The position numbers and the translations under genes were made by a program. A DNA stretch of 45,809 nucleotides, counting the filler, from Streblomastix strix (taxonomy: Eukaryota): assembly GCA_008636045.1 (NCBI GenBank). It is 2 parts of 2 records of this genome, joined end to end, with 100 filler letters (N's around TTAATTAATTAA, not from the genome) between each part and the next. Parts side by side here need not be neighbours in the genome. Positions count along the whole stretch, not along the records: positions 1 to 22,888 come from SNRW01000305.1; 1 more part is not named here. One strand, given 5' to 3'. Positions 11,869-22,988 of this stretch are shown here, in pieces. Positions within the stretch are counted from its first letter, which is position 1. Each line of letters opens with the position of its first letter. Below the pieces are notes generated by a model. It did no database searches, was not told the origin of the DNA, and saw only the letters and a program-made list of their open reading frames with translations.

Positions 11869-12709
11869 ATGGATTCTTCTGTAAGCATAGACGGCAAAGA
11901 AGAATTTATCAAAACATCATATAATGGAATTGAAATTATTGCTAGGAAATCAGATGGATACATTAATGCTTCTAAAATGGTTGTTTCATTAACACGCTAC
12001 GAAAAAATGCAGACTGGAAAATCTTTTCAAAACAAAGAATTGGAGTAAATACTATCAATTTTTTATTTAAATGTAGTAATAAAAGGCTATCGCCCAAATT
12101 TAGTCGGTACAGTATTTAGATAAAAAGAGCATATATTCAGTTGAATTTAGAGGATGGTATGTTCATCCAAAATTAATAAATTATAATGTAATATGGGCAT
12201 CTCCAAAATATGCTTCAATTGTTGGTGAAATAATGCATGTAATCAATGAACATATATAAGTCGAATTCTAAGCTCAAGATGATTAAAGGTCCATGGCTGA
12301 TTTTGCAAACGAATAAATTTAAATAATAATTGAAGAATAAAAAATAATAATAAATTAAAAAAGATGATGAAATAAATCAACTGAAACCAAGAGCAGTTCC
12401 AGATGGTTATTAAACAGATTATATATTCGCTGTTCAAGTAGAAGATGATGATGAGAACGATAACACTGTACTTAATATCAGACAGAGAAACAAATATTGT
12501 ACGAGTAAAAAGCTAATGAGAAAGTTAAAGGGTAGTTTATTATTCTATGAAAAACTACCTATAAGTATGTCGAAAAATTATGAAATAAAAGATTAATTAT
12601 ATAAATGTTTGGAGATTAACTATAATTTCATAAGTGCAGATACATTTTTAAACCTGAACTAATGGATGATGTCATTGATTTTATAAAGCACAAGATTGAA
12701 TACAAATGA
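11869..12709 (+). CDS. KilA-N (APSES-like) DNA-binding domain protein with coiled coil; frameshifted
   Basis: YNGIEIIARKSDGYINASKM and FRGWYVHPKLINYNVIWASPKYA, hallmark KilA-N motifs. Confidence 0.85.
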
Positions 12710-13099
12710 ACGACATTATTTATTTTATTTTTGCAGAAATATAATGGTAATAATCTTGTTCGACAATAGAAAAAACAATTAATTTACTTCAAAATTATAA
12801 GTAGAATAAGATGAATAGGAAGAAATACTATTCGAGGAGGGGGTCGAAGGATAGACCAATGGATATAAATATTTTGAGATCTTAAATGATTTCAAATAAT
12901 TTATTTCCCAAAATTAATAATAATTATCTAAACTAACAACGTAAAAACTAAATAAATTATATAAATTGGACGGCTATAAGTTATCAAAAATAGAAGGTCA
13001 AGTATGTATAAGAACTTGTGCCAAAGACTAATTGAATAGGATTGAGTATAAATTAGACTAGTTTTTGGATTTTCTGAACCATTTAGTTTAAGCGCTGAA

Positions 13100-13205
13100 A
13101 TGAATGATTTTTGACTGTTCCGAGTGTTCCGAGTGTTCCGAGTCAAAAACTTTCATCAAAAACTGCTGCAAGCCTGCCATTCTGCCAAATGTTGATGAAA
13201 AGCGT
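13100..13205 (+). repeat. Internal repeat copy 5 (forward)
   Basis: tgaatgatttttgact-(gttccgagt)x3-caaaaactttcatcaaaaactgctgcaagcctgccattctgcca. Confidence 0.93.
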
Positions 13206-13212
13206 TAATGTC

Positions 13213-14000
13213 TCAGATTATTTTGATAACCGTTCCACTCATTTCATATTATACCACTAATGCTTATTATTTAATTAATCGCACGTACTCATACCATATT
13301 GATTCTTTATCTGATGGTATTGAAGATTAATAGAAAAATTAGTTAAATTTTAATCTTTTAAATGAACCGAAGAACCATAATGAATCAAGATTTGATTTAT
13401 TAGCAGCATCTAAACCAATAATGTCCTATAAACAAAGAAAGTATGTTATTCTGGGCTACCTGTTCTTAAATAACTTTTTAAACGGTGGATTATTTTTATT
13501 TTTAAATATACTCATTGCATTGTCAAATAAAACAATTGTTTGAGGAAAATTGACGTCAAAATTTCCTTCTCCACTAGCTCCAAATACATTGATTAATGTG
13601 TCATCTTTTGACTCTTCAGTTAGCTCTTTTTATAATTATTTTTCTTAAATTTCATCATACGCTTATTTGCATTCTATCAAATCATTCAACACTTAATCCG
13701 CTTCGGCATATGGAATAATTTTAGTCGGTATTTTAATTAAATCCTTCATCTTTTTATAAGTGGTGTCATTATTTGAATCACTGACGTATATGAACAATAT
13801 ATAACAATGTTTTTTAATTAGCTTAATTTTATTAACTCTTTGAAGACATTATACGTCTTGCCACTGCCACGCTAACCTATCAATAAATTTACAGAGTTAT
13901 ATGTAAAATTTAATTCTTTATGAATAATTGTTTAAATTTCGTGCTTATTCACTTTTATTTCTTTTAACATGCTATCAACTTTTTATGTTAAACTCGCCAT
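13213..14000 (-). CDS. A32/FtsK-HerA-like genome packaging ATPase; one frameshift near 13810
   Basis: Walker A LLIGQRGSGKT, Walker B IVLFDN, NRQPRITYFLCLQ (Arg finger/Q motif). Confidence 0.85.
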
Positions 14001-14040
14001 TTTTATTATATAAAACTTTTTTTTATCGATTATAAATAGA

Positions 14041-15146
14041 ATGGCGACATCATCATTATCAGAATAAGAGATACAATAAATACTCGATTTAAAAGCACTT
14101 GAAAACGAAGCAAGATAAGAATTTGAGGCAGAAAAAGGCGCAGGTGGTGCAGGTGGTTAAGGTTTGGTGGAAGTTGATGGAATGGAGGATGATTATGATT
14201 ATTACGAATCACAACCAGCGAGATAGGACAGAATGAAATCACGAACAAAACCGTTTGGTAGGCTGCCGCTCCATCCCAGTATGATTCAAAGAACAAGAAA
14301 GCATGCAGGCCCATAATTTAAAGAATAGGCGGGAGATGTCCTTGCTACACTCGTTGGTTATTTGAACCGAGATATAAAGAAAATTAATAGGTTATCGTCC
14401 GCCTTCAGTGCCCAAAAATATATATAAGATATACATTTAGACAAACGATTCAGTGTATTGGAATAGGATTTAGATGATAATGTAGCCACTCCTGATAATG
14501 TGGTTGTTTTTGAAAAGAAAAAGAACGCAATTTATTCAATCGATGGTTCTACAACAGCTTTAGGATTTGGCGACCCAGAGCATTAACATAAAAAAAATTG
14601 GAAGAAAAATATTATTCAGATGTTAATGATTTAGAACGAGCTGCATTGGCTGCCAAATTAAAAGCATTTGGAATAAAAGGCGGCCCTTACATTAAATAGC
14701 TATCAATGACTAAGCGGCATAAAGTAAGAGAAATAAAGAATTATAGTTTCAGAACATTTATTACCTATGCTAAAAAAATAATGGACAAAAATGGAGGCGC
14801 AAAATTGCCAATGGCAACCAAACAACAAATAATGGCATCTTCTTGGAATTCAGTTCTTATTATTCCTGCTGTAGAAATATTAGAAAGGTAAGACGTAAAA
14901 ATAGACATATGTAACAGAAGCAATAAAACAAAAATATAGTAACGATAATACGAATTTTTGCCACTTGCTAAAAGATTGTATAAGAAAGAATTGCCTACCA
15001 TTATTATTCAACTATATCAAGCCGAAGATGTCGATGCTAGAATTAAGGAAGCACTTGGATATGCTATTTAATATTATGGTCAAATGCTAGCATAGATACA
15101 AGAATAAATAGATGATATCGATTTAGCTAAATATAAGTTCAAATGA
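14041..15146 (+). CDS. Hypothetical viral protein (~365 aa, frameshifted)
   Basis: Long table-6 frames divergent from the ATPase; acidic/Gly-rich N-terminus. Confidence 0.55.
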
Positions 15147-15160
15147 TTTAGGAGATTTGT

Positions 15161-15300
15161 TTTTTTATTAGTGTTTTCTCACTTCTAACAAAATGGCAGG
15201 CTGGCTGCAGTTTTTGATGAATCTATTTTACTCGAAACACTCGGAACACTCAGAAAAATCAAAAGTCATTCATAAACGATTCTATTTATGCATGCCAAAA
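15161..15300 (-). repeat. Internal repeat copy 6 (reverse, somewhat diverged)
   Basis: aatggcaggctggctgcagtttttgatgaa...actcgaaacactcggaacactcagaaaaatcaaaagtcattca. Confidence 0.9.
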
Positions 15301-15399
15301 TAATACTTTTCTTTGAAGTTGCTGACGTTGTTTTATGACTCAATCCAGCTAACAATCCAATTTATTTATGTAATTATTATTTATTTTTATTTTAATTAA

Positions 15400-18300
15400 A
15401 TGATAGATAAATAGCGGTATGACACGTAAAGACGACGCACGCCTCCGATTGGGCCTCCGATTACGCCATAGATTCAAGCACTACCAGAGCTACAACCGCT
15501 TAATTAATCGGCAAGATAAAAGCAGTCATAAATGACTTAAATGTAGGACTATATTACATAAATGCAAACACGCAACTACCAGCCATCGCCAGAATTATAA
15601 AAAGAACATCAGCAATAGTAATTGATGCAAATGTAGAATTATATTACGTAAATGCAAGCACATAATTACCAGCAATCGCCTGAATTAACGCCTGAACTGC
15701 AATCAAAACAGGGCGAAGCTCACGATGTGGGGGCGGATAATCAACTGAATTTAAGGCACCATAAACTAACACCAGAAATAATAAGAGAATTAATGACTTT
15801 ATATGACGCTGAAATTTAATAGAAAATAAACATTAACGAATTAATGTCATAATTTTCATTAATTTTAGATAAAATTCATTTAGAAAAGGGTAGAAACAAT
15901 AGAGAAATAGTTAGAAATGCAATATTATAATCAAGACCATTTGCATAACGAATAAGATAAGATACTTAAATAGGCCTTCAAAATGAAGAATTAATAGATA
16001 AAGTTTATGCTATATAATTTATGCAAGAAAAAAATAATACATAGAATATGAGCACTTAAGACAAATAGAGCAAACAACGCAATCAATTATGGGAGCAAGT
16101 GATGGAAGATTAGCGAGTCAGACATGCAAATCTATTAAAAGAGATTAAAGAATAAAAAATAAACCTTAAATAAAAATAAAATGCTGATGTGTTCAAAAAT
16201 GATAGAGATGAAATATAAGAGTTTAATGAAGAAAATGAGGGCAAGAATTATAAGCCAAATAACGCCTTGCAGAACACAATTATGTTATGTGAGCCACAAT
16301 TCGAATAAGAATATGAAAGAAGAATTAATTTTGAGCGAAAATATATGAAAAATTAACATGCAAAATATGACTCGTTTTATGTCCATACCATCAGCCCTAC
16401 AAAAGAATATTACAAAAATGATTTGAAAATGATTGAAAATGTCGATGCTTACTTAGATGAAATATATTAGCGTGAATAATAATTTGCGTTCAAAATTGCA
16501 TTTGATTTTGGAGTGATTATTGAACGAGTTGATGGTTAAGAAAACGAATAACAAATAATGTATAAAATTAATTATCCCCTTTAAGCTAGAACAGAAATGG
16601 GAGCACCGACAACCATACGCAACCAAATGGACCTTGCGGATTATAAGAGATTCATTAGAAACCACATAATTTAAATGTAAGAGAAAACCATTATGGACAC
16701 AAAAGAGAAAATAGTTGGTATATTTTCAATAATGATTCAAGTATTCAGACTTCCACATGCAGGCGCTGGTGGGGGCGGTCGAACAATACCATCATTAAAG
16801 AAGCATATTATGAGGCGAGAGATTCGATATATTGACCCTGAAAAAAAATAATTTAAATTTATGTTTCTTTCTAGCATATTCATTTGTTATGATGCCAGAT
16901 ATTAAGGTTGATGTTGCAGCTGACGGTTCCGCTATTGCTGCTAAGCGTTATAAGGAACATTCACGTATTGTAGAAGCAAAGCGATTATTTTAAAGAATAT
17001 ATGGGAAAAAAATTGATGATAATTATTAAGGTTTTAATTTTACAACAGAAGCAGATTAATTTATATAGAATGAAAATTTAAATATTAATGTATTAGCTTA
17101 TGAAGAGACAACGGCAACCTCAACGGTAACCAATTAAGGAAGTTATTATCTATGGAATTAATATAGAAGAAACGAATAGAACGAATAAACAAAAGAATTT
17201 AATATACTTTTTATAACCAACACAATTAACTAACTATAAACTGCTCACGTTTTTTATATCAATGATGTTGAGGCACTAACTGGTTTAAAATATTGTCCTA
17301 TTTGTGAAATGCAGGCTTATAAGACCAGAGATTCAAATTTGTAGTCAAAACTAAAAAGAAACATATAAAAATGTTAACAAAATGGAGGAAAGATAATAAA
17401 AAAAAGTTTATTTAGAAAAATTTCCAAGGTCTTATGATCCTCATATATTGAATAATGTCAGCTATAATTATCTTCTGGCACATGGTCGAGAGGATGAATT
17501 TAAACCTACTAAATATTATATAACATATGATATTGAAACTGTTGAAAGAATCATTAATGAAAAATTTGGGGATAATTAAACATAAATTTCAATACTTGAA
17601 CCTCTTTCGATTGCAAGCACAATAAAAATAAAAAAGAAAGTCATTAATGGTTCAAATAACGGTTCCGTTGATTAAATTTATTCTATTTATTTTGACATAC
17701 GAACCTCAAACTTTATTAATATATGGATTTAATAATTGTTTAAGGAAGCCCGAAAAGTTATTGATTCGAACAAATATGAAGATGAGACGATATCATAGCA
17801 TTATGAGGTACCAGTTATTGGCTTCAATTCTTCAAAATTTGATATTGCATTGATTTTTAAAAATTTATAAAGCGATGAGTGGCAAATCATTAAATATCTT
17901 GGCAGTGGTTCAAACGCTAAATAAATCATTGTTAAGCATAACATATCAGGAATAAAATTGAGATTCATCGATGCGATGATTTATTCTACAAAATTGAAGT
18001 TAAAAAAAATCATAAAAGATTTCACGCCTAAAACGACGCAAACAACGTCAGCCAAATTAAAGTTTCCATATGAATTCATCAATTTCGATAATTAAGTTTA
18101 AGAGTTCGATAAATCAGAACCATTTCCTATTGAAGCGTTTAATAACACTATTAAAAATAAAAATATAAGTCAAGAAAAATATCAAAATTATTTATCTATT
18201 GCTTAATAATTTTTGAACAGGTGGGACTACCTTCGACACTACAACTTTGAAGATACCCGCTTAATGATTGAGCCCCTTGATTACTTAATTGATATGTTCT

Positions 18301-20321
18301 TCAATTATAAAATTGATATGTTGTAGTTTATGTTGATGTCAGCATGCGCTAATGCTATCAAATATGCTCTTGCTTATTGAGACTTCAAACTGGATTAAGA
18401 TTATACGCTAAAAGATGATTATGCCTCATTTATTTTGATATAAAATTTTTGGAATATTAAAGTTTAAAATTATATGAAATAAGATAAAAAAAGAAATAGA
18501 GACACAAGCAACAACATCAAAGAATCAGATTGTACGTTCTACAGAAAATTATTTCTATCGATAGGATGCAACATATGCAAGGCACGATTCACAAGTAAAA
18601 ATCCTCCAACATTAGATAGAATCAACAACGACAGGGGCCATTCTGCTGATAATGTAAAACCTTGCTGCTTATTCAGCAATAACTTTAAGTCAAATAAAGA
18701 TGAAAATTTAACAAGATTAGTAATACAATTAAAGAATTTTTGTCTGTAGAAGTCGCTACCTATGACAATAACAGATGAGGAAATTTATTAAATTTTACGT
18801 TCTGGAATCACTGGCGGATTATCATAAGTCATGCATCGCTATAATGTTGCAGGTGAAACTAAAATAAATTAAATATAATATATTAATTGAAAAGTCATTA
18901 GTTAGGACACAGACCCCATAATGACCCATCTTTTGACTCTAGATTTCAATTGTTAATATCCCACCGTTATGAGCTCAGAGCCGCATAAGTTCATTAAATA
19001 TATAGGTAATAAATTATATATGGCAGGATAAATATTGGATAAAATAACTGATAAATAAACAGCTAGAAATTTAATTTATAATCCAATTCGATTTAATGAT
19101 GTTGAAGGAATGCCGCTATTTATCGCAGTTGTTAAAGGATACATCGACGAATAACATATAAATGATTTTATTAATTTTCTTCCGATATTTAGAAACATAA
19201 ATATTAAGACTGATTAAAAAACATTAGGTTCATATGTGTATAATCTGCTGCTGAAAAATAATATGTAGCATGATAAAATTGAACGAAAATTAACAAATTT
19301 ATCATCAACTCATGGGTAATTCATGCCAATCAGTAATTATTATTTGTGGCTTCTCATTGATGATTTTCATTTCATTATTGACGATATTTAATGTCTTATA
19401 ACGTTCTCGAAGCATGATAGATTCAATCCATTTGTTAAGGAATTTATGAGTCAAAGAATTTGGACAATAAATGAAAAAAATGATGGAAAATAATAGTTCT
19501 ATAAATTAGCTATGAACTCAAGCTATGGAAGTGATGGGATGAATTAAGAAAAATATTCGCAAACGAAATTGTTGAGCTCTGATAGGACATGGTTGTCTCA
19601 TTTCTAAGGTTCATTCGCTAATGATTAACAATTAACAGATGATTTATATGCTGTGTAATTTAATGCTGAAAGTTGCAACTGCAACACCTGCCTCCATTCT
19701 GCTTATTTCGTGTTAGATAATAGCAAATACTGGTATAAAAATTTTATCTATAATTTTATGGCCAAAGCTTTCGATTTGAACAGGATGCATTATATTTGTG
19801 GTGATACTGATTCGATGACATGGGCCATCAGCGGCAATCCTGATGCAGAAGAAGAATACAGGCAGAAATTTAAATATGTCATAAAAGATCAGAAATTTTT
19901 CGATGAAAATTACCCATTATTCTTCGGATAATATAAACAATTATTGGGAGTCAGTTATGAGGCAGAAGGAACGGCTTGCATCGCCTTAGCTCCAAAAATT
20001 CATTACATTTATAATCTTCTGCCTAATGAGAATGAAAAGGATTACAATTATTGTTTGAAAGGAATAACATAAAAATAAAATGTTCAGTTGAACGATGAAG
20101 CATTTAAATAATCATTAAATGATGAATAAATTTATGCTTAAAATATTATACTTGGTTAAATAAATAAATAAATGTCAAAAATATAAATTAATAAAGTTGG
20201 TTTATCATCAATCCATAATAAAATGGTTGTGCTTGAAAATCAATGTTGTGCGCCATTCTTATATATTAACGGGTAGCAATTGAGTTCAGAAAATTATATA
20301 ATTATTAATGATGAGCACTGA
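15400..20321 (+). CDS. polB: Protein-primed family B DNA polymerase (~1640 aa) with N-terminal extension, OTU-like, Zn-finger and EndoVII/HNH-like segments; several frameshifts
   Basis: ITYDIET, IGFNSSKFD, FPYEF, GITGGLS, LDFNCQYP, KLAMNSSYG, CGDTDSM, LAPKIHY. Confidence 0.93.
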
Positions 20322-20341
20322 TGATAGACTCTAATAATAAC

Positions 20342-20455
20342 CATTGAATAGGAGCGATAAATTGAAGTGGTTAGTGAATGACTTTTGACTGGACTGAGTG
20401 GATTGGGTGGATTGAGTAAAATGGGTTCTATGAAAAATGCCAGTCGATCCGCCAA
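20342..20455 (+). repeat. Internal repeat copy 7 (forward, variant 9-mers; includes a copy of outer TIR sequence)
   Basis: cattgaataggagcgataaattgaagtggttagtgaatgacttttgact-ggactgagt-ggattgggt-ggattgagt; first part matches the reverse complement of 22601-22641. Confidence 0.8.
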
Positions 20456-20528
20456 ATAGTCGAAACGTTATTTGAATCATCAACATCTCCATTAATGCCT
20501 TTAATTGTTTTATTTTTGCAAGAAATAA

Positions 20529-21944
20529 ATGCAAAACGAAAATAAATTGTATGAAGATATCCATAGGACTTTTGCAGGTGAATAATATTAAAGGGAAGAA
20601 TATGAATTTGAAGTATAATAAGATATCGATGATAAAGCATATAAAGTTCATTATAAAATGAGTCTATCAGAGTTCATAAAAAATATCTTTAAAATTGCAA
20701 AGAAAAAATATGTCGATGTTATTGAAGAGAAAGCAGATGAAATAATTATTGGAAAGCGAACAGTAGAAGATTGGTATTATTATTATATTTCAGTTTAATC
20801 GTAATAGGAACCATCAAAGTAAAAAAATAAACAGAAAAATAAACAAATGGAAAAAGAGACATAATAAGCGGTTTAGACTTCCATTCAATCATCCAGCCAG
20901 TAATCCAGCCAATAATCCGCACCCGTTTAAGGTGGTGATAATGAAAATATGCCCTATTTTCCTTTCAAAACAAAATTAAAATTGTTTGAAAAAATAAATA
21001 AAAATAAATATGCTAACAATGAATATTTGCCAGTGACGGATTATAAATTAAAACCATTATAAAGACTACTACAACCTTATTTCTCTCCAAAATTGGGGAG
21101 TTGGGAGATAGATATAGTCTTTTCAGTCGATTAAGACTTGCAGGAAAATAATGATGAATATGATGATGCTATCTTTGAATAAGACGAAATAAGATATGGA
21201 AGAAAAACAAATTTGTATCTATTTTGCATAAACATTAATACGAAATATTTAGTAGTATATCCATTGATTGATAAATCAGCTGCATAAGTAGTTGGATGAT
21301 AGTAAAAAATAATTTAAAACAATTACGTTAATAATGTTCGTGAAGATGGAGAGAAAAGATTTAATGGTTCGTATTTTGCTTTGCTTTGTTCAAAGAATAA
21401 AATTAATGGTTATTTCACTGATTCAAAATTAACTAATCATAATAGAGTAGTCCATTCAGTTATTCGAACAATAAGGAACGCATTTGGTTATAAATTTAAT
21501 TAATTTTCAACAAATCAATAAATGTAAATAGTTGTTGGTATATATAATAATACACCACATCTTGCGTTTCAAAATAAGTATTGCCCATTTTAAGTTCAAT
21601 TATCAAGAGATTTAGAAGGATAATATATATGTTCGTAAATGAAAAAATTAGAGCGACAACTAGCAAGACAACGATAACGGGGTATATTATCATTTAAGGC
21701 AGGAAATATAATTTTAATACATCTTGATTACTAAAAAACATAATAAAAATTTATGAAATAAAGAAAAAATTTTAATTAGTTAGCAGAGTTTATTCGATAC
21801 GTAAATGGTAATGTTTTATGCAGATTATTGAATCATTCTTATAAAGTAAATATAATCAAAATACCTTCATATTATTGTAAGTATGTTAGTGAAAATAAAG
21901 AATCTATTCCAGAATATTATGCTACAGAGTTTTTATTTAGATGA
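20529..21944 (+). CDS. Retroviral-like (RVE) integrase; internal TGA near 21297
   Basis: GSWEIDIV, LFCININTKYLVVYPL, VREDGEKRFN, VIRTIRN, YNNTPH. Confidence 0.87.
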
Positions 21945-21996
21945 AATAAAAATAAAAATTTATTTATATATTTTTTAATTTTTTATCGAATAATCA

Positions 21997-22381
21997 ATGA
22001 CAGCTATTGAGACAATCAACGAGACAAGTCCCAACGGGGCCATCTAAAGACTCAATGAAACAATATAAACTGAGTCATCACAAACAGATCCATTTAGTTC
22101 AGCAAAATTAGGACATCCAAAGAAATATACCGATAAAGAATAGGCAATGATTGCAGCAAGAGAGCAACGCAAAAATGCAAGAATTAGATATAAATAAAAT
22201 TAAACAAATTATGTTTCAAAAGTCAATGAAATGCAATTATTGATAATCAAAAAGCTTAAAAAAAATAATTGTGAATATTAATGATTTGATTACAATAAAT
22301 GAATTGATTAAAAAATATGACAATAAAAAAGACATCATTAAAGATGTTAATGAAGACAACAACGAACAAATTAACGTTTGA
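21997..22381 (+). CDS. Small basic helical protein ending inside the right TIR; frameshift in A-run near 22260
   Basis: KLGHPKKY (AT-hook-like) and AAREQRKNARIRYK; homologous frame after the integrase of element 2. Confidence 0.55.
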
Positions 22382-22670
22382 ATAGCCACAGGCGGAGGAA
22401 AACCCTATTTATTTTTATTTATTTTTCTCACTTCTGGCAGAATGGGAGGCTGGCAGCAGTTTTTGATGAAAGTTTTTGACTCGTAACACTCGGAACACTC
22501 GGAACAATCAAAAGTCATTCACTATCTATTCCATTTATGCGTGCAAATTTCATAAATTTCATCAATGTTTTACGACTCGGAACATTCGGAACAGTCATAA
22601 GTCATTCATTGCCAAACTCAATTTCTCACTCCTATTCAATGCTTTTCATCAATGTTTTCATTAACATACT
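22329..22670 (-). repeat. Right TIR (~342 bp), contains internal-repeat copy 8 (reverse)
   Basis: Inverted match to 1-284; extension to 22670 inferred from the CT terminus and the match to copy 7. Confidence 0.9.
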
Positions 22671-22888
22671 CAATGATTTCATCAACGGAATCTAATAACC
22701 AAACAATTAACAGAGTAAGTAATTATGTGAAGAAGGAGAGTGCCATACATTTCAAGAATATAATACAATAATGTTCATCACTAATCTACTTCAACATCCA
22801 TATTCATTAATCATTATCAATATTGCAATCAATAATTTTATTTCAAGTGTTTATTTTCTTTTACATTATTTATATTATCATATTTATT

Positions 22889-22988
22889 NNNNNNNNNNNN
22901 NNNNNNNNNNNNNNNNNNNNNNNNNNNNNNNNTTAATTAATTAANNNNNNNNNNNNNNNNNNNNNNNNNNNNNNNNNNNNNNNNNNNN
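22889..22988. other. Artificial contig-joining linker (44 N + TTAATTAATTAA + 44 N)
   Basis: Symmetric N-run with an all-frame-stop 12-mer; sequences on either side need not be adjacent in the genome. Confidence 0.92.

Larger units (their letters stand above)
1..22670. mobile_element. Endogenous Polinton/Maverick-like dsDNA virus (element 1), near complete; about 58 bp of the left end lie outside the window
   Basis: TIRs at both ends; encodes pPolB, RVE integrase, A32-like ATPase, D5 primase-helicase and capsid-like ORFs; right end ...TTAACATACT fits the 5'-AG...CT-3' termini of Polintons. Confidence 0.93.

Noticed and set aside
12928..13146. ORF-track peptides MTRNTRNTRN... (also 22476-22664) and TQSTQSTQS (20331-20651)
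   Set aside because: Translations of the 9-bp DNA units, mostly from non-ATG starts; no coding evidence
92..22612. Dispersed repeats with tandem GTTCCGAGT units as a CRISPR array
   Set aside because: Units abut without unique spacers, copies are kilobases apart and inverted, and no cas genes are seen
22933..22944. TTAATTAATTAA palindrome inside the N-run as a biological site
   Set aside because: Centred in a 100-nt N linker; assembly concatenation artefact
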